DNA of 60,783 nucleotides from Lama guanicoe. Lineage: Eukaryota. The position numbers and the translations under genes were made by a program. The notes below the pieces were generated by a model, which was not told the DNA's origin, did no database searches, and saw nothing but the letters and a program-made list of their open reading frames with translations. Position 1 is the stretch's first letter. Every line of letters starts with the position of its first letter. Shown piece by piece: positions 1 to 11,500 of this stretch. Where the stretch lies: the NCBI GenBank assembly GCA_013239625.1, contig MU053561.1, positions 5,253,214-5,313,996 on the forward strand, in the 5' to 3' direction.

Positions 1-160
1 ACGTAATAGTCTTTAAAGACAGTAATCATTCTTTTATTTGGATATATCAATTAACAAGATGTTCAGTTACATTCCTGATAAGCTTTAGCCAGCTATTCAA
101 TTACCAAATTTGGAAGAATAATCAATAAAGTAGTTGTCTTTTGGTAGCATTTTTTTTTCA
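1..160 (+). terminator. Probable 3' end / poly(A) site of the upstream gene (PTPN22 by synteny)
   Basis: AATAAA at 124-129 followed by a GU/U-rich tract (TAGTTGTCTTTTGG...TTTTTTTTT). From memory, human PTPN22 ends ~1.3 kb upstream of RSBN1 on the same strand, matching this spacing. No PTPN22 coding sequence is visible. Confidence 0.45.
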
Positions 161-859
161 TTTCAAAGTTCCTATATAAAAAACTGTATAGTTTATATCC
201 AACTAACCAGAGGTACTACTAGTTAAATTTTTTTCTATATAAATATGGATCTACTTTATCTTAAGAAAGTTGACCTTGCAAATCTAATTTTATGTAACAA
301 GTTAGTGGGTAATTATTATTACACAGCATTTCCCTGAGTTCTCATAATGATTTAACTTTAAAAAGTCTGTAACTTCCTAAAAATGGAATACTTAAATACC
401 ATGTGTTCTTTAGTATTCTTCATTAGGAAGCCCAAGGAAGGCACATATTGGATGAAATATTTTTACCTGTTTATTGCAGTGCAATATACAGAAGAGGTGC
501 TCAATAAACTTTTTGTTTTAAACTAACTTCACTGTAGTGTTCATTGTGCCGGATACTTCTCCAGGCACTAGTGCTACCAAACCACAGTGATTTCCCCTGA
601 GTTCTTTACTGTAATCAATTATTTCTAAGTATCTTTATCAAGGAGATAAAATCTAAAGTGACGATCAAATTGTAAATAGATTTCCGGGCGGAAACCCTGG
701 TTAGCAGGGACGATTTCTGGAGCGTTCTTTGATAGACATACTTCTCAAATTTATGCAACCTTATACGTGCGATTTGAAAACATTAAGAAATTTCGAAACA
801 GTTTTCCATCTAGAATGGAGCGGTAACTGTAGGGATGTATTCAAAATAATCAATGTTTG

Positions 860-2510
860 CTGCCGTCCCAGGCGCTGGAGGGAATGTGGCCCGACAGCGG
901 GGTGAGGTGGGGCCGCGCGAGGTGGGGCGGCGCCCACCAGGCTCCCAGGCAGGCAGTTCTTGCACCTGCCTTGTCGCGCCTGTAGTTGTAACCATAGCAA
1001 TCAGTGCCCAGGTACAGGTTCAAAACTGATTTGCAGCTGCATTCGCTTTTAAAGCAAAATCGCCCTCATCTGATAATATTAAGTTCCCCTTTCCTCTTCA
1101 TCAAACCGCTTATCCAAGGGTAAAAGGCCGGAGATTCTTTTACCTCACAAAGGTTACCAGAGGAAGAGGAAATTTATAAGTAACTATGGAGACCACCTCC
1201 TCCGTGTAAAATGAAGAAAGGGGCACACGGAGACAATAATGGGAACGCGCAGACGGACTATGAAAAGCCTTTAACATTGTTTCGGCCGTTAAGTCGGTTG
1301 GCGGCAACTCTCCGCCCAGCGGCGGTTGCGTCGCGATCCGGAGCGTGACTCGGCGCACGCTCTCTTTCGGCTCCTCCACTCGCCGAGCCGCGACGCTGAA
1401 TGGGTGCGGGGGAACTACCGCTCCCGTGAGGCTCTGCGCGGCCCAGGGTGCTTTACAATAGAGCTCGGTTGGAGGGGCCTGCGAAGAAGGGCTGGGAAGT
1501 TCCGCTTCCGGCATGTTCAGCTCTGGACGAAGAACGGCCGAGAAGTGGAGGGTTGGGGAGAGACTCCAATGCCCAGCGGGCCGTGCGCCGGTGGCGCTTG
1601 CGCGATACGCGGACGGGGGGGCGGTCGGGCCATTTAAATGTGTGTTTGTGGGTGAAATGGCTGCGCAGGTCGGAGCGGTGCGCGTAGTACGGGCGGTGGC
1701 GGCGCAGGAGGAGCCGGACAAAGAGGGGAAGGAGAAACCCCATGCTGGGGTCTCGCCGCGGGGAGTGAAGCGGCAGCGCCGAGCGAGCAGTGGGGGGTCT
1801 CAGGAGAAGCGGGGGCGGCCGAGCCAGGACCCTCCTCTCGCTCCCCCTCACCGGCGGCGTCGCAGCCGCCAACATCCCGGGCCGCTGCCGCCAACGAATG
1901 CAGCCCCAACCGTCCCAGGCCCTGTTGAGCCTCTGCTCCTGCCGCCTCCGCCGCCACCTTCGCTGGCACCCGCCGGGCCCACTGTCGCTGCCCCGCTCCC
2001 GGCCCCGGGCACCTCGGCCCTCTTCACCTTCTCGCCTCTGACGGTGAGCGCGGCCGGGCCCAAGCATAAGGGCCACAAGGAGCGGCACAAGCACCATCAC
2101 CACCGCGGCTCTGATGGTGACCCCAGCTCCTGCGTTCCGGGAGAGCTCAAGCACAAGGACAAGCAGGAAAACGGCGAGAGGACCGGAGGAGTTCCTCTCA
2201 TCAAGGCCCCCAAGAGAGGTGAGAGCAGGCGAACTGCCCCGAGCTTGGGCTCTCTCTGTTGCGATATCCCGCCCCTTTGGCCCTGAAAGAGGCCAGCCCT
2301 GTGCTTACCTCCTGCTGCTGTACTCCCCTAAGCCCACTGGGGTGGACCCTGGATTTCAAACCGTTGACACAGTCTGACCTACTTGAGGCTTCTTGCTTCG
2401 AGGCCGAGCTGTCAGTTACTTCCCCCCTGACCAGTCCCCCTCCCCGAGCCTTTACCAACGTTTGTTTTCAAATTCGCCAGGGTTTCCGCGCCGCGCGGTC
2501 CTTGGCGTGG
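860..2510. promoter_or_regulatory. CpG island / TATA-less promoter of RSBN1
   Basis: High GC and CpG density against an AT-rich background. Tandem ETS-type sites GGAAGTTCCGCTTCCGG just before ATG 1513, GC boxes, and a YY1-like AAATGGCTGC at 1655-1664. Confidence 0.9.
1513..2218 (+). CDS. RSBN1: RSBN1 exon 1 (Pro-rich and His/Lys-rich N-terminus)
   Basis: [11 protein letters not shown]...IKAPKR, donor G|GTGAGA at 2218/2219, phase 1. Confidence 0.95.
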
Positions 2511-5500
2511 AATTAGTAGGTGGGGTATTAAAAACTACCTGTCCAAAGTAAAGGCTTGTCGCTCAGAATCCTTTTTCCTGTTTTCCTTGATGGAAAGCTT
2601 TACTGTTCACTCTCCTCTGCTTCAGAACATTCACGAGTATGGTTGGGGACTTTAATGAGTTTGAATTTTTCCAGAGATTAGCTCGACTCAGTGGTTGCCT
2701 TGGCTCCTGTAAAGTGATATATCAAATGCAGTTTATCTTGGTTCTTTTTTATGTGGAGGTAAAAATCATTTTTAATTTTCATATGAAATCTTAATGCTCT
2801 GAAAAGGGGTGGGGAAGGTTTTCCCTTTCCTTTGATCCTAGAAAATAGAACCAACCCAGCCTCTGAAAAGTGGAAGCGTCCAGTAGTAGAGAGTACAGGC
2901 GAGAATTCCAATTGTCTGGCACAATAAATGAGAATTTATTTAATTCCAATAACCCTCACTAAAGTAAAAAATATTTAGCCCAGGAAATGTAGGACTAAAT
3001 GTGGGTTCGAGAGAAATTAGGTTGACCAAAATTAGTGTTTTCTTGTTCCCAAGTACCTGCAGCATTTATTTACATTCTCTTTAGAAGAAAGGAGGGGAAG
3101 ATATGAATTTTAATTATGTCATATGTTTGTATATGATTTTATGTAATTTGTTAGTTGTATCTACTCAAGATTTAAAAGTACTTTTGTGTTTCTTAGTACT
3201 GGGGCGCTTAAGTTATTGCACGTTAATGAAATTTTGTCTTTCAATCCAAAGTTCGGTGAGTCCTGGATTTCTTTGACATATTTGGTCTTAACCTAGGGCC
3301 AGTTAATTTCTTTGTTTGTTTGTTTTGTTGTGCTACTTCTAGATAGTGCAGTCTGTTGCAAATAATTGCTCAGTAACCTTTTATTGAATTGAATTAAATC
3401 TTCTTTGGTGATACCCGCATCTTATCCTTAGGAGTAGAACTTGTGCCAGCCTGACAGGAGTGCCAGTTTTCGCCACCAGTGTGCAATGATCTTGCTCTCT
3501 TTTATTTTTATCTTTCTTTTTCTCACTTTCTCATTTCATGTGTGTACATGTTTTTGTGTATTTTGACTGTGCAGAGCTGAGGGAATCTAGAGATCATCCA
3601 AGTCAAATTTGTATTGTAGAAGAGAGGAAACCAGGGCTAAGGTAGTGAAGACACTCGTCTAATCTAGTCACAGTTAATTAGTAACAGTGCCAAAAAAATG
3701 AATCATTGGCCTAATGGGGGGAAGTACCCGGATCTCCTGAATCCCAGTTCAAGATTCATTCCCCAGCTGCATGATGTTGCTTTCTCCTTTTGCTATTCAT
3801 TTTTTCCACTTCTTTGCTTACCCTTTCCCTGTTCCTTAGCATCCAAGTGGCAGTGGCCAACCCCATTAAAAATTTCTGACTTGGCCCCCTTTTTGGGGGG
3901 ATAGTGGCAAATAGATGATAATAATTCACAATGTACTTCTCTGAAAATTGCCGAGGCCCATGTCTTTAAAAAACAAACAGAAACATAAAACTAAAAGTTA
4001 AAAAGAAAAAGGATATTGCAACGTAGTGTTAAGTAACAAGGTCTGAAGGGTTTTCTGTCTTGTTGATTCTTTTGGCAGAAATTCATCTAGTGACAACCAT
4101 ATGTATTTATAATAATCATAGATTAACTTTTTCTTGTGCATTATTCATAGAGCTATTATAACATTTCAGTTTAATGAAGTTTTGCTCTGATGAGTGTTAT
4201 TTGGGTCACACGTACACAAAATAAGAGGTGGTCCAAATCTGTAAAAAAAAACTTGAATTCTGTTGTGCCATGTTACATTACAAAATCAGCTTTTATATTC
4301 AAAATAAGTATTTTTATTTCCTTTAAAAAAAAAAAACCAAAACCAAACAAAACCAAATAGAAACAAACCTTTAACCCAGGTGCTGCCTGACAGAATTTTC
4401 TCTGATGATGGAAATATTTTCTATAAATGTGTTGTCCAGTAAGGTGGCCATTAGTCATATGTGGCCCTTGAAACAAATATTTTCAAGACTTGAAATGTGG
4501 CTAGTGTGACTGAGGAACTGAATTTTTAATTTTATTTAATTCTAATTAATTCATAATTAGATAGTTCCTTTTGGCTACCACATTGGACAGTACAGCTCTA
4601 AGCATTTGTAGTTTGCCAATATGTGAAGATGAAAAGTGGGTGAAGATTAGGTCATTTATACATTTTAACTTTTAAAGAAATTGAGGTATAATTGACACAT
4701 AACTTTATATCAGTTTTTAAGTGTACAAAATGGTTCAATATTTGCACACATTGTGAAATGATCACAACAATAAGTCTAGATTAAACATTTTGACTTTTGA
4801 ATGAGAGATTGTTAGATTATATATTCTGGGGGGAAAGGTTCCCTGACCAAATACATTGGGGAAAAAATGTATACAGTAGCCTTCTAGATACATGGCATAC
4901 ATTGGCATTTTAAAAGTTCTGAGAACCTTACAGAAAGTAAACCGGTTTAACCTTGTTTAAAACAGGCTTTTGCATACACTTCAATAGATACCTTTTGTTT
5001 TTCCACTCAGTCTCTTTATACTTGTTACAATGGTATGCTGGAGGCGTGCCTTTGGAGTTTAAAAAAATTGTGGCTCTACCGATTATGGCATGACCATGGG
5101 CAAATTACTTTAATCTCTCTCAGTTTTAGTTTTTCTGTCTGTAAAATGGGGTTGTGATGTTTCTTTTGTCAGATTGTCATGTGGATTAAATGAGGCAATA
5201 TGTGGAAAGCATGTAAAACAATGTCTAGTTGTTATTAAGCACTACTTTTTTAATTTAAAAAAATTTCTTATTAGGCACTGTTAAAACTGCTTTTTGTTAC
5301 TTTATCATGCTTGGGCCTTGAAACAACTCTAAGATTAATAAGGAGAATGGTTGGATCCTTGTTATTTACAGAACTATGTCTTCCCTTCTCTTTTCCTTAG
5401 ATTTTCAGAAACTATTTTGACTTTTTATTTTGAGATAATTATATATTCACAGGAAATTGCAAATAGTGCAGGGAGGTCTTTACCCTTTACTAGTTTCCTC

Positions 5501-8500
5501 CAAAGGTTACATCTTACATAACTGTTGTATAATGTCAACACCAGAAAACTGATATTGGTGCAATGGTGTGTGTATAGTTTTGTGCCATTTTAACGTAGAT
5601 TAGTTTAACCACCGTTGCAATCAAGATACACAACTGTTCTGTCACCACAAAGATTCCCCCTTGTGCTATCCCTTTGTAATCTTAGAACTTCCTGTGTTTC
5701 CCCACCTTCCGCAACCCTTAGAAACCACTAATTTGTTCTCCAACTCTATAATTTTGTCATTTTGAGAATGTTACATAAATGGAATAATATGGTATGTGAA
5801 CTTTTGAGATTTTTTTCCACTCAGCATGTCCTTGAGATCTGTTCAAGTTGTGTATATCAATAGCTCACTCTTTTTCATTGCTGAGTAGTGTTCTGTGGTA
5901 TAGATATACCACAGTTTAACTGGTCATCTGTTGAAGGACATTTTGGTTGTTTCCAAATTGGCCATTATGAATAAAGCTTCTGTGAACATTCATGTTCAGG
6001 TTTTTGTATGAACATAAGTTTTCATTTCTCTGGGAATGCAATTGCTGGGTCATATGTTAAGTGTATGTTTAGGGTTTTTTTTATTTTTTTATTTTTTTTT
6101 ATTTTTTTGTTTTTGGAAGGTATTGCCAAACTATTTTCTGGAATATCTGTACCATTTTACATTCCCACCAGCAATGTATGAGAGATCCACTTCCTCCATA
6201 TCCTTGCCAGTATCTGGTATTGTTACTATTTTTATTTTATCTGTTTTAATAGATATGTAATGATACCTAATCGTGGACCTAAGTTTCATTTCCCAGTGGC
6301 TAGTGATATTTAACCTCTTTTTATGCCATTATTTGCTGTCCATATAGTCTCATCAGTAAAATGTCTCTTTATGTCTTTTGCCCATTTTTTAATTGAATTG
6401 GTTTTTTACTATTGAGTTTTGAGAATTCTTTATATATTACAGATATGTATATCCTTTATCAGAATAATGGTTTGCAAATATTTTCTCCCACTCTATTGTT
6501 TGTCTTTCCATCCTCTTAAAGGATAAAGTCCAATTTATTGATTGCTTTTATGGATTGTGCTTTTGGTGTCATGTCTAAGGTCCCATGACCTAAGTCCCAA
6601 AGATTTTCTGTTGTTTTCGCAAAAGTTTTATAATTTTAACTTTAATGTTTGAATCTCTAATCCACTTGAGTTAATTTTGTATAATGTGTGAGGTTTAGGT
6701 CAAGATTCTTTCTTTCTTTTTTTTTTTTTCTATGATACCCAATTGCTTCAGCATTTTTTTGTTGAAAAGACTATTCTTCCTCTATTGAATTGCTTTTGTA
6801 CCTTTGTCTGAAATCGGTTCCATTGCCTATTTTCATATGACCTGTGAGCTAAGAATGGTTTTTACATTTTAAATGGTTGGGAAAACCCCATGACACGTGA
6901 ACATCATTTGAAATTCAAGTTCAGTATCCAGAAATAAAGTTTTATTGGGACACCACTTTATTCATTGAAATGTATTGTCTGTGGGAGTTTTCACACTACA
7001 GCAGTAGAGTGAGTAGTTGAGACAGACCATATGACCTGCAAAGCTTACTGTCTGGCTCTTAATAGAAAAAGTTTGTTGACCTCTGAGATAGATCATTCAG
7101 TTAAGAAACATGTTACTGCACAGAGCCCAACAGTACTCAATCCAAATTCTTGTATAGGCTGATTATGAATTTCAGATTCCAGACATTTGGAGTTGCTTAT
7201 AAATAGTTGAAACAAAAATTTAATCTGTAAATGCAAAGGTAAACTTGCTTCATATATAAAATGGAAAGTAAGTTATTTTCAAAGAGGTGAAGTGTCACAC
7301 TTCAAATTTTCCAGTTAGTACGTGATAGAACTGAATCTAGCACCCAGTTTTTTTGCCTTGTCTAGTTGGCTTTTCACTTTCCACTAAGCACATATATATT
7401 GTTAATAAAGAGATTTAAAATATTTTTTGTTTCTTGTAAACAATAGGCTTGAGTCTTAATTAAATGATAGTTACCTATGTCTTTTGAAATCTTAATTTTT
7501 TTCTGTTCTTCTTGCTCATAATAAAGCCTAGAGGAAACAAACTTCCTTAAAAGAAAAAACCCATCAAAATAAATTATGCTTCTTTTTAGTTATTTTTGGC
7601 TAATAAATGTACAATTTTAATAGTATTTTAATAATTTTTTAAAAGGAAAGGAGGAGTTGATTCCTGTAGCTCTCTTCTTCAGTGTCGTTAAATGATAGGA
7701 TTGCTCTTGTGTATTCTTGTGAGTCAACCTTCCCTTCTCACTTTTTTTCATTTTTGACCAGCTGTCCAACTGCTATTACAGGGAAACTGTCCCCAAGTCA
7801 CACAAACTAATCGAAATTTTCTGTGATGTCAAAAAACTATTAGCAGGAATTTTAATCCAGAAACAGCTGATTGTTTTTGGTGATAGGAATGGGGAATTAC
7901 TTGGGGGTTATGTAGAGAACTGAAATAAACAGATAACCTCATTTATCAGATCAACACGTTCAGGGACTGATGTTTTTCTTTATCCAATTAGAGGGAAGCA
8001 AAAAAGCCTTTAAGGACTTTTTTTGCAGAATCTAAATAATATTCTGTGATTAGGCAGAATTATCATGTAATTGGCACTCAATAACGTATTTGTTGAATGT
8101 AGTGATGCTTCCCTTATTGGAGGTTTCTCCAAGCCACTTCAAGTCTTTTGCTGAAACTGGACAATTTTAGTTGATCATCTAAGAGCAGTGCTGCAGAGGA
8201 GAAGATAGAGAAGGCAGAAAGGAAGAGAATGTAGTGTAGTGTATTGGAACACTTTTGGAGTCAGACAGGTGATAGTTTGAATCTAGATTGTCATCTACTA
8301 CCTTTGTGACCTAATATAAGTAACATCTTATTTCAAGCTTGTTTTCTTCTCTATAAAAAGGATTTATAAATGTACTTTACTGGTTTGTTTGAAAATTAAA
8401 GTGAGATAATATACATGATCCCTAGCAGACACTTGGTGAATAGTAGTTTTCTCTTTCAGAGATTTTTTTCTCCCCATTTTAGGTGATTTTCTTGTGGTAC

Positions 8501-11500
8501 ACCACATTGTACTCTAAGTTGATCATCTCTAGCTCTAGTTTTGATATACCAGAGTTATTGACAGTTATTTCAAGGAAGGTTATCGAATATCATTATGAAA
8601 ATCATAAAAATGGTAAGAGAGGACTTATTGTGTGTCAATGAGGGCCTTATATTCATTGTCTCATTTAATTCTTACAATAATTCTGTGAAATAGATACTAG
8701 TATTAGTAACATTGTAGATGATAAAATTGAAGTTTAGGGAGATTTATGAGCTTGCCCAGAGGCCTTAGTAAGCAGTGGAGCTGGAACATTAACCTAGGTC
8801 TAACTGTAAAACACTTGCTCTTAAATAGCATATCTACTGCCTCTACAATTCAGCTATTTTGGAGTAATAATAGTAGTTAACATGTATAATTTGTCATGTT
8901 CTGGGACTATTCTAAGTACCTTATAAGCTTTGTTTCATTTGCTCTGCAAACTGATTTTATGAGGAAATACTGTAACTTTCCCCCATTTTACCAATAAGAA
9001 ACAAGATACAAAGAAGTTAACTTGGAAAAGTTAGTACTGCTAGGAAGTGATAGGACAGTGCAGCCAGTCACTTTTAAACACCATAATTTGAGGGGTGGCA
9101 GGTAAAGTAAGGCAGTGTTTTAAGCATACAATGATGTACTAAAATGATGGCCTTCAAAATCTGCAGCTTTTTATTTTTCCTTTTTAGTCAGGCTTTTCTG
9201 TGGAGCTGGAAAAACGTTATTTTCAGAAAAGAATTTATTTTCAGAAAGAATTTATTTTCAGAAAATAGAACTTTAGCTAAACTTTTTTCTTTATTATGAT
9301 TAATGAAATATTTAAAAAAAATCATAATTTTGCTTTTGCTTATCCACCATGATTTTTTGGAATTGAGGATACTATGTATTTTTAAGTTTTAAGCTATAAT
9401 TCAGTCATAAGAATGGTGTTATGAATTTAAGTTTTGTAATGTGGAAAGATAATTTTTTTGAATTAATGAATGCTTTCAATAGTGTTGTTAAATTAATGGT
9501 ACTATTTAATGGTTGATAATATTAATGATATAAGCACGTAGAGGATTTTATTGATAATGTCATATATTAATCTATAGTTATAATGGCCTTTTTTAAGACA
9601 GCCAGCAGTTTGTCTCTAAGATGTTTGTGTCTTCTTCTGTAGAATGACATACTCCCTTTTATATTTAATTTCACAGTTTGATATGTGAAAGCTTTCCTTA
9701 ATCATAGATACAATGAATCTTGGCTCTTTTTCTGTAAAAGAACTGTTGTCACTAAATATTAACTTTTGTACTATAGGTAAATACTCAAAATACTACTTCC
9801 TGAATATGTTCTCTGGAAAGCTAAAATCTCTCAACTAGAAGTGGAAAGATTGTGAAGACATTGTTTTTTTTTTTAAATTGATATATAATTGACCTATAAC
9901 ATTGTGTAAGTTTAAGGGATACAATACATTGACTTGATACATTTATTGCAAAGACATTGACTTTTAAGTGACATTTTTAATTCAAGGCAAGACAACCTTG
10001 GTATCATCCTCTTGAAGCAATAATGAGTTACTGTAATAACCTTTAACAACTTTGTATATGTATACCATTCTCAGTTAGTTGCTTCCACAATAGTTCAGAA
10101 ATAAATTCTGATTATTCATGGAAATTCACTGGCTAGTATGATACAGTCTCAAATTTCTCTGTAAATAAAGTCGAGCTTTCTTTGTCTCAACCTTAGTTAA
10201 GTATCAAAATTCAGGAAATAGGATTAGTGAAGAGACTGAAATTTATTCTGTTTTAAACTTTTATGCCGAAATATGAGATTACAATCAATTTAAGGTCCTT
10301 TTCGTTTCCTTGTATAGTGGGTTTTTTTTGAGTTGGGCTATGTTGCACTAATTGAATGGTTCTCATATAAATGAGTTTTGAATAAAACCCACAGAGACTT
10401 GGCCATGATAGAAATACCATTGGTAAGCGGATAGTAATATAGAAAACGTGTTACAATCAAGGCAGCTCCTTCTTGGTGTTAATTTCAGTGGCAGATCTAG
10501 GTCACAATTCATCTTCTGCATACCAAATACCTTCTCTGAAGCTTAAATTAACAGAGTCTATTCAGAGGAATTTTTCTTTTTTTTTTTTTACCTGCAAAAT
10601 TGCCAAAACATTTAGCAGAGGGTAATTAGATGACTGTTTTAAAATTGGTCTAACCTTTATATTTAATGGCATTAACATTTAGTTGGTTGGGAGAATTGCC
10701 CAAATTACCAATTTGATATCTGGAAAGAGTATTTAGATGAATTTTATTTGGTAAGAAATATAAATGACTTTCACTAAGTATTTTAAGGAATTCTCAAAGC
10801 CTTAGTTATATATAAAGTAAAAGATTGCTTTTTCTGCCACTTTAAACAATCTAATTATATTATATTTTGGTGTATGATCTCAGTTTAATCATACTTGATG
10901 CCTGCAAATGAAAGGTTTTCTTTTTGTTGTTTAAAAGCAAATATTGAACAGAATGAAAATCATTTGGTATCTGTACACTTCAAAGTCTTTGACTTGTACT
11001 TTTAAATATTTTCTTTAGAAGATTTTGTAACTATTGTGATTATCCGGTGATTTGGAATGATTTTGTATAGAGTACTGCAGTTGTCATATATTTACATATT
11101 ATACCAAGTAAATTCTTTACTGTAGAATTTATTGAACTTATTATCTTCAGATGTGATAGAATTAAGAATATCTGTCTTAATACTGAATTACTTGAATCAT
11201 ATCAGAAATACTATTTTTGAGTGGACAAATTCTATACAGTAAATACCACACCAAGCTGGAAGGTTGGTCAGGACTATACCTGATATTTAATCCTAAAGAT
11301 TTCTTGCCAAGACTATTTTCCAACTAGTAAAGGTGCTATTCTATTTTGGGTTTATCAACCCATGATAATCCTTTAAAAATTAAAAAATATTTTTTAAATT
11401 ATAAAGGTAATATATGTTTCTTGCAGAAATTAGAAAATACAGATACGCAAAAAAGAGGAAACCTAGACATTTATAATCCTACCAGCCTAGGTAGCCTACA

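Noticed and set aside
761..2516. Many overlapping alternative-frame and antisense ORFs
   Set aside because: Expected from stop-codon scarcity in a CpG island; several begin at non-ATG codons and none resembles a known family
9217..9270. Direct repeats superficially like a CRISPR array
   Set aside because: No spacers and a eukaryotic intron context; a simple slippage-type tandem repeat
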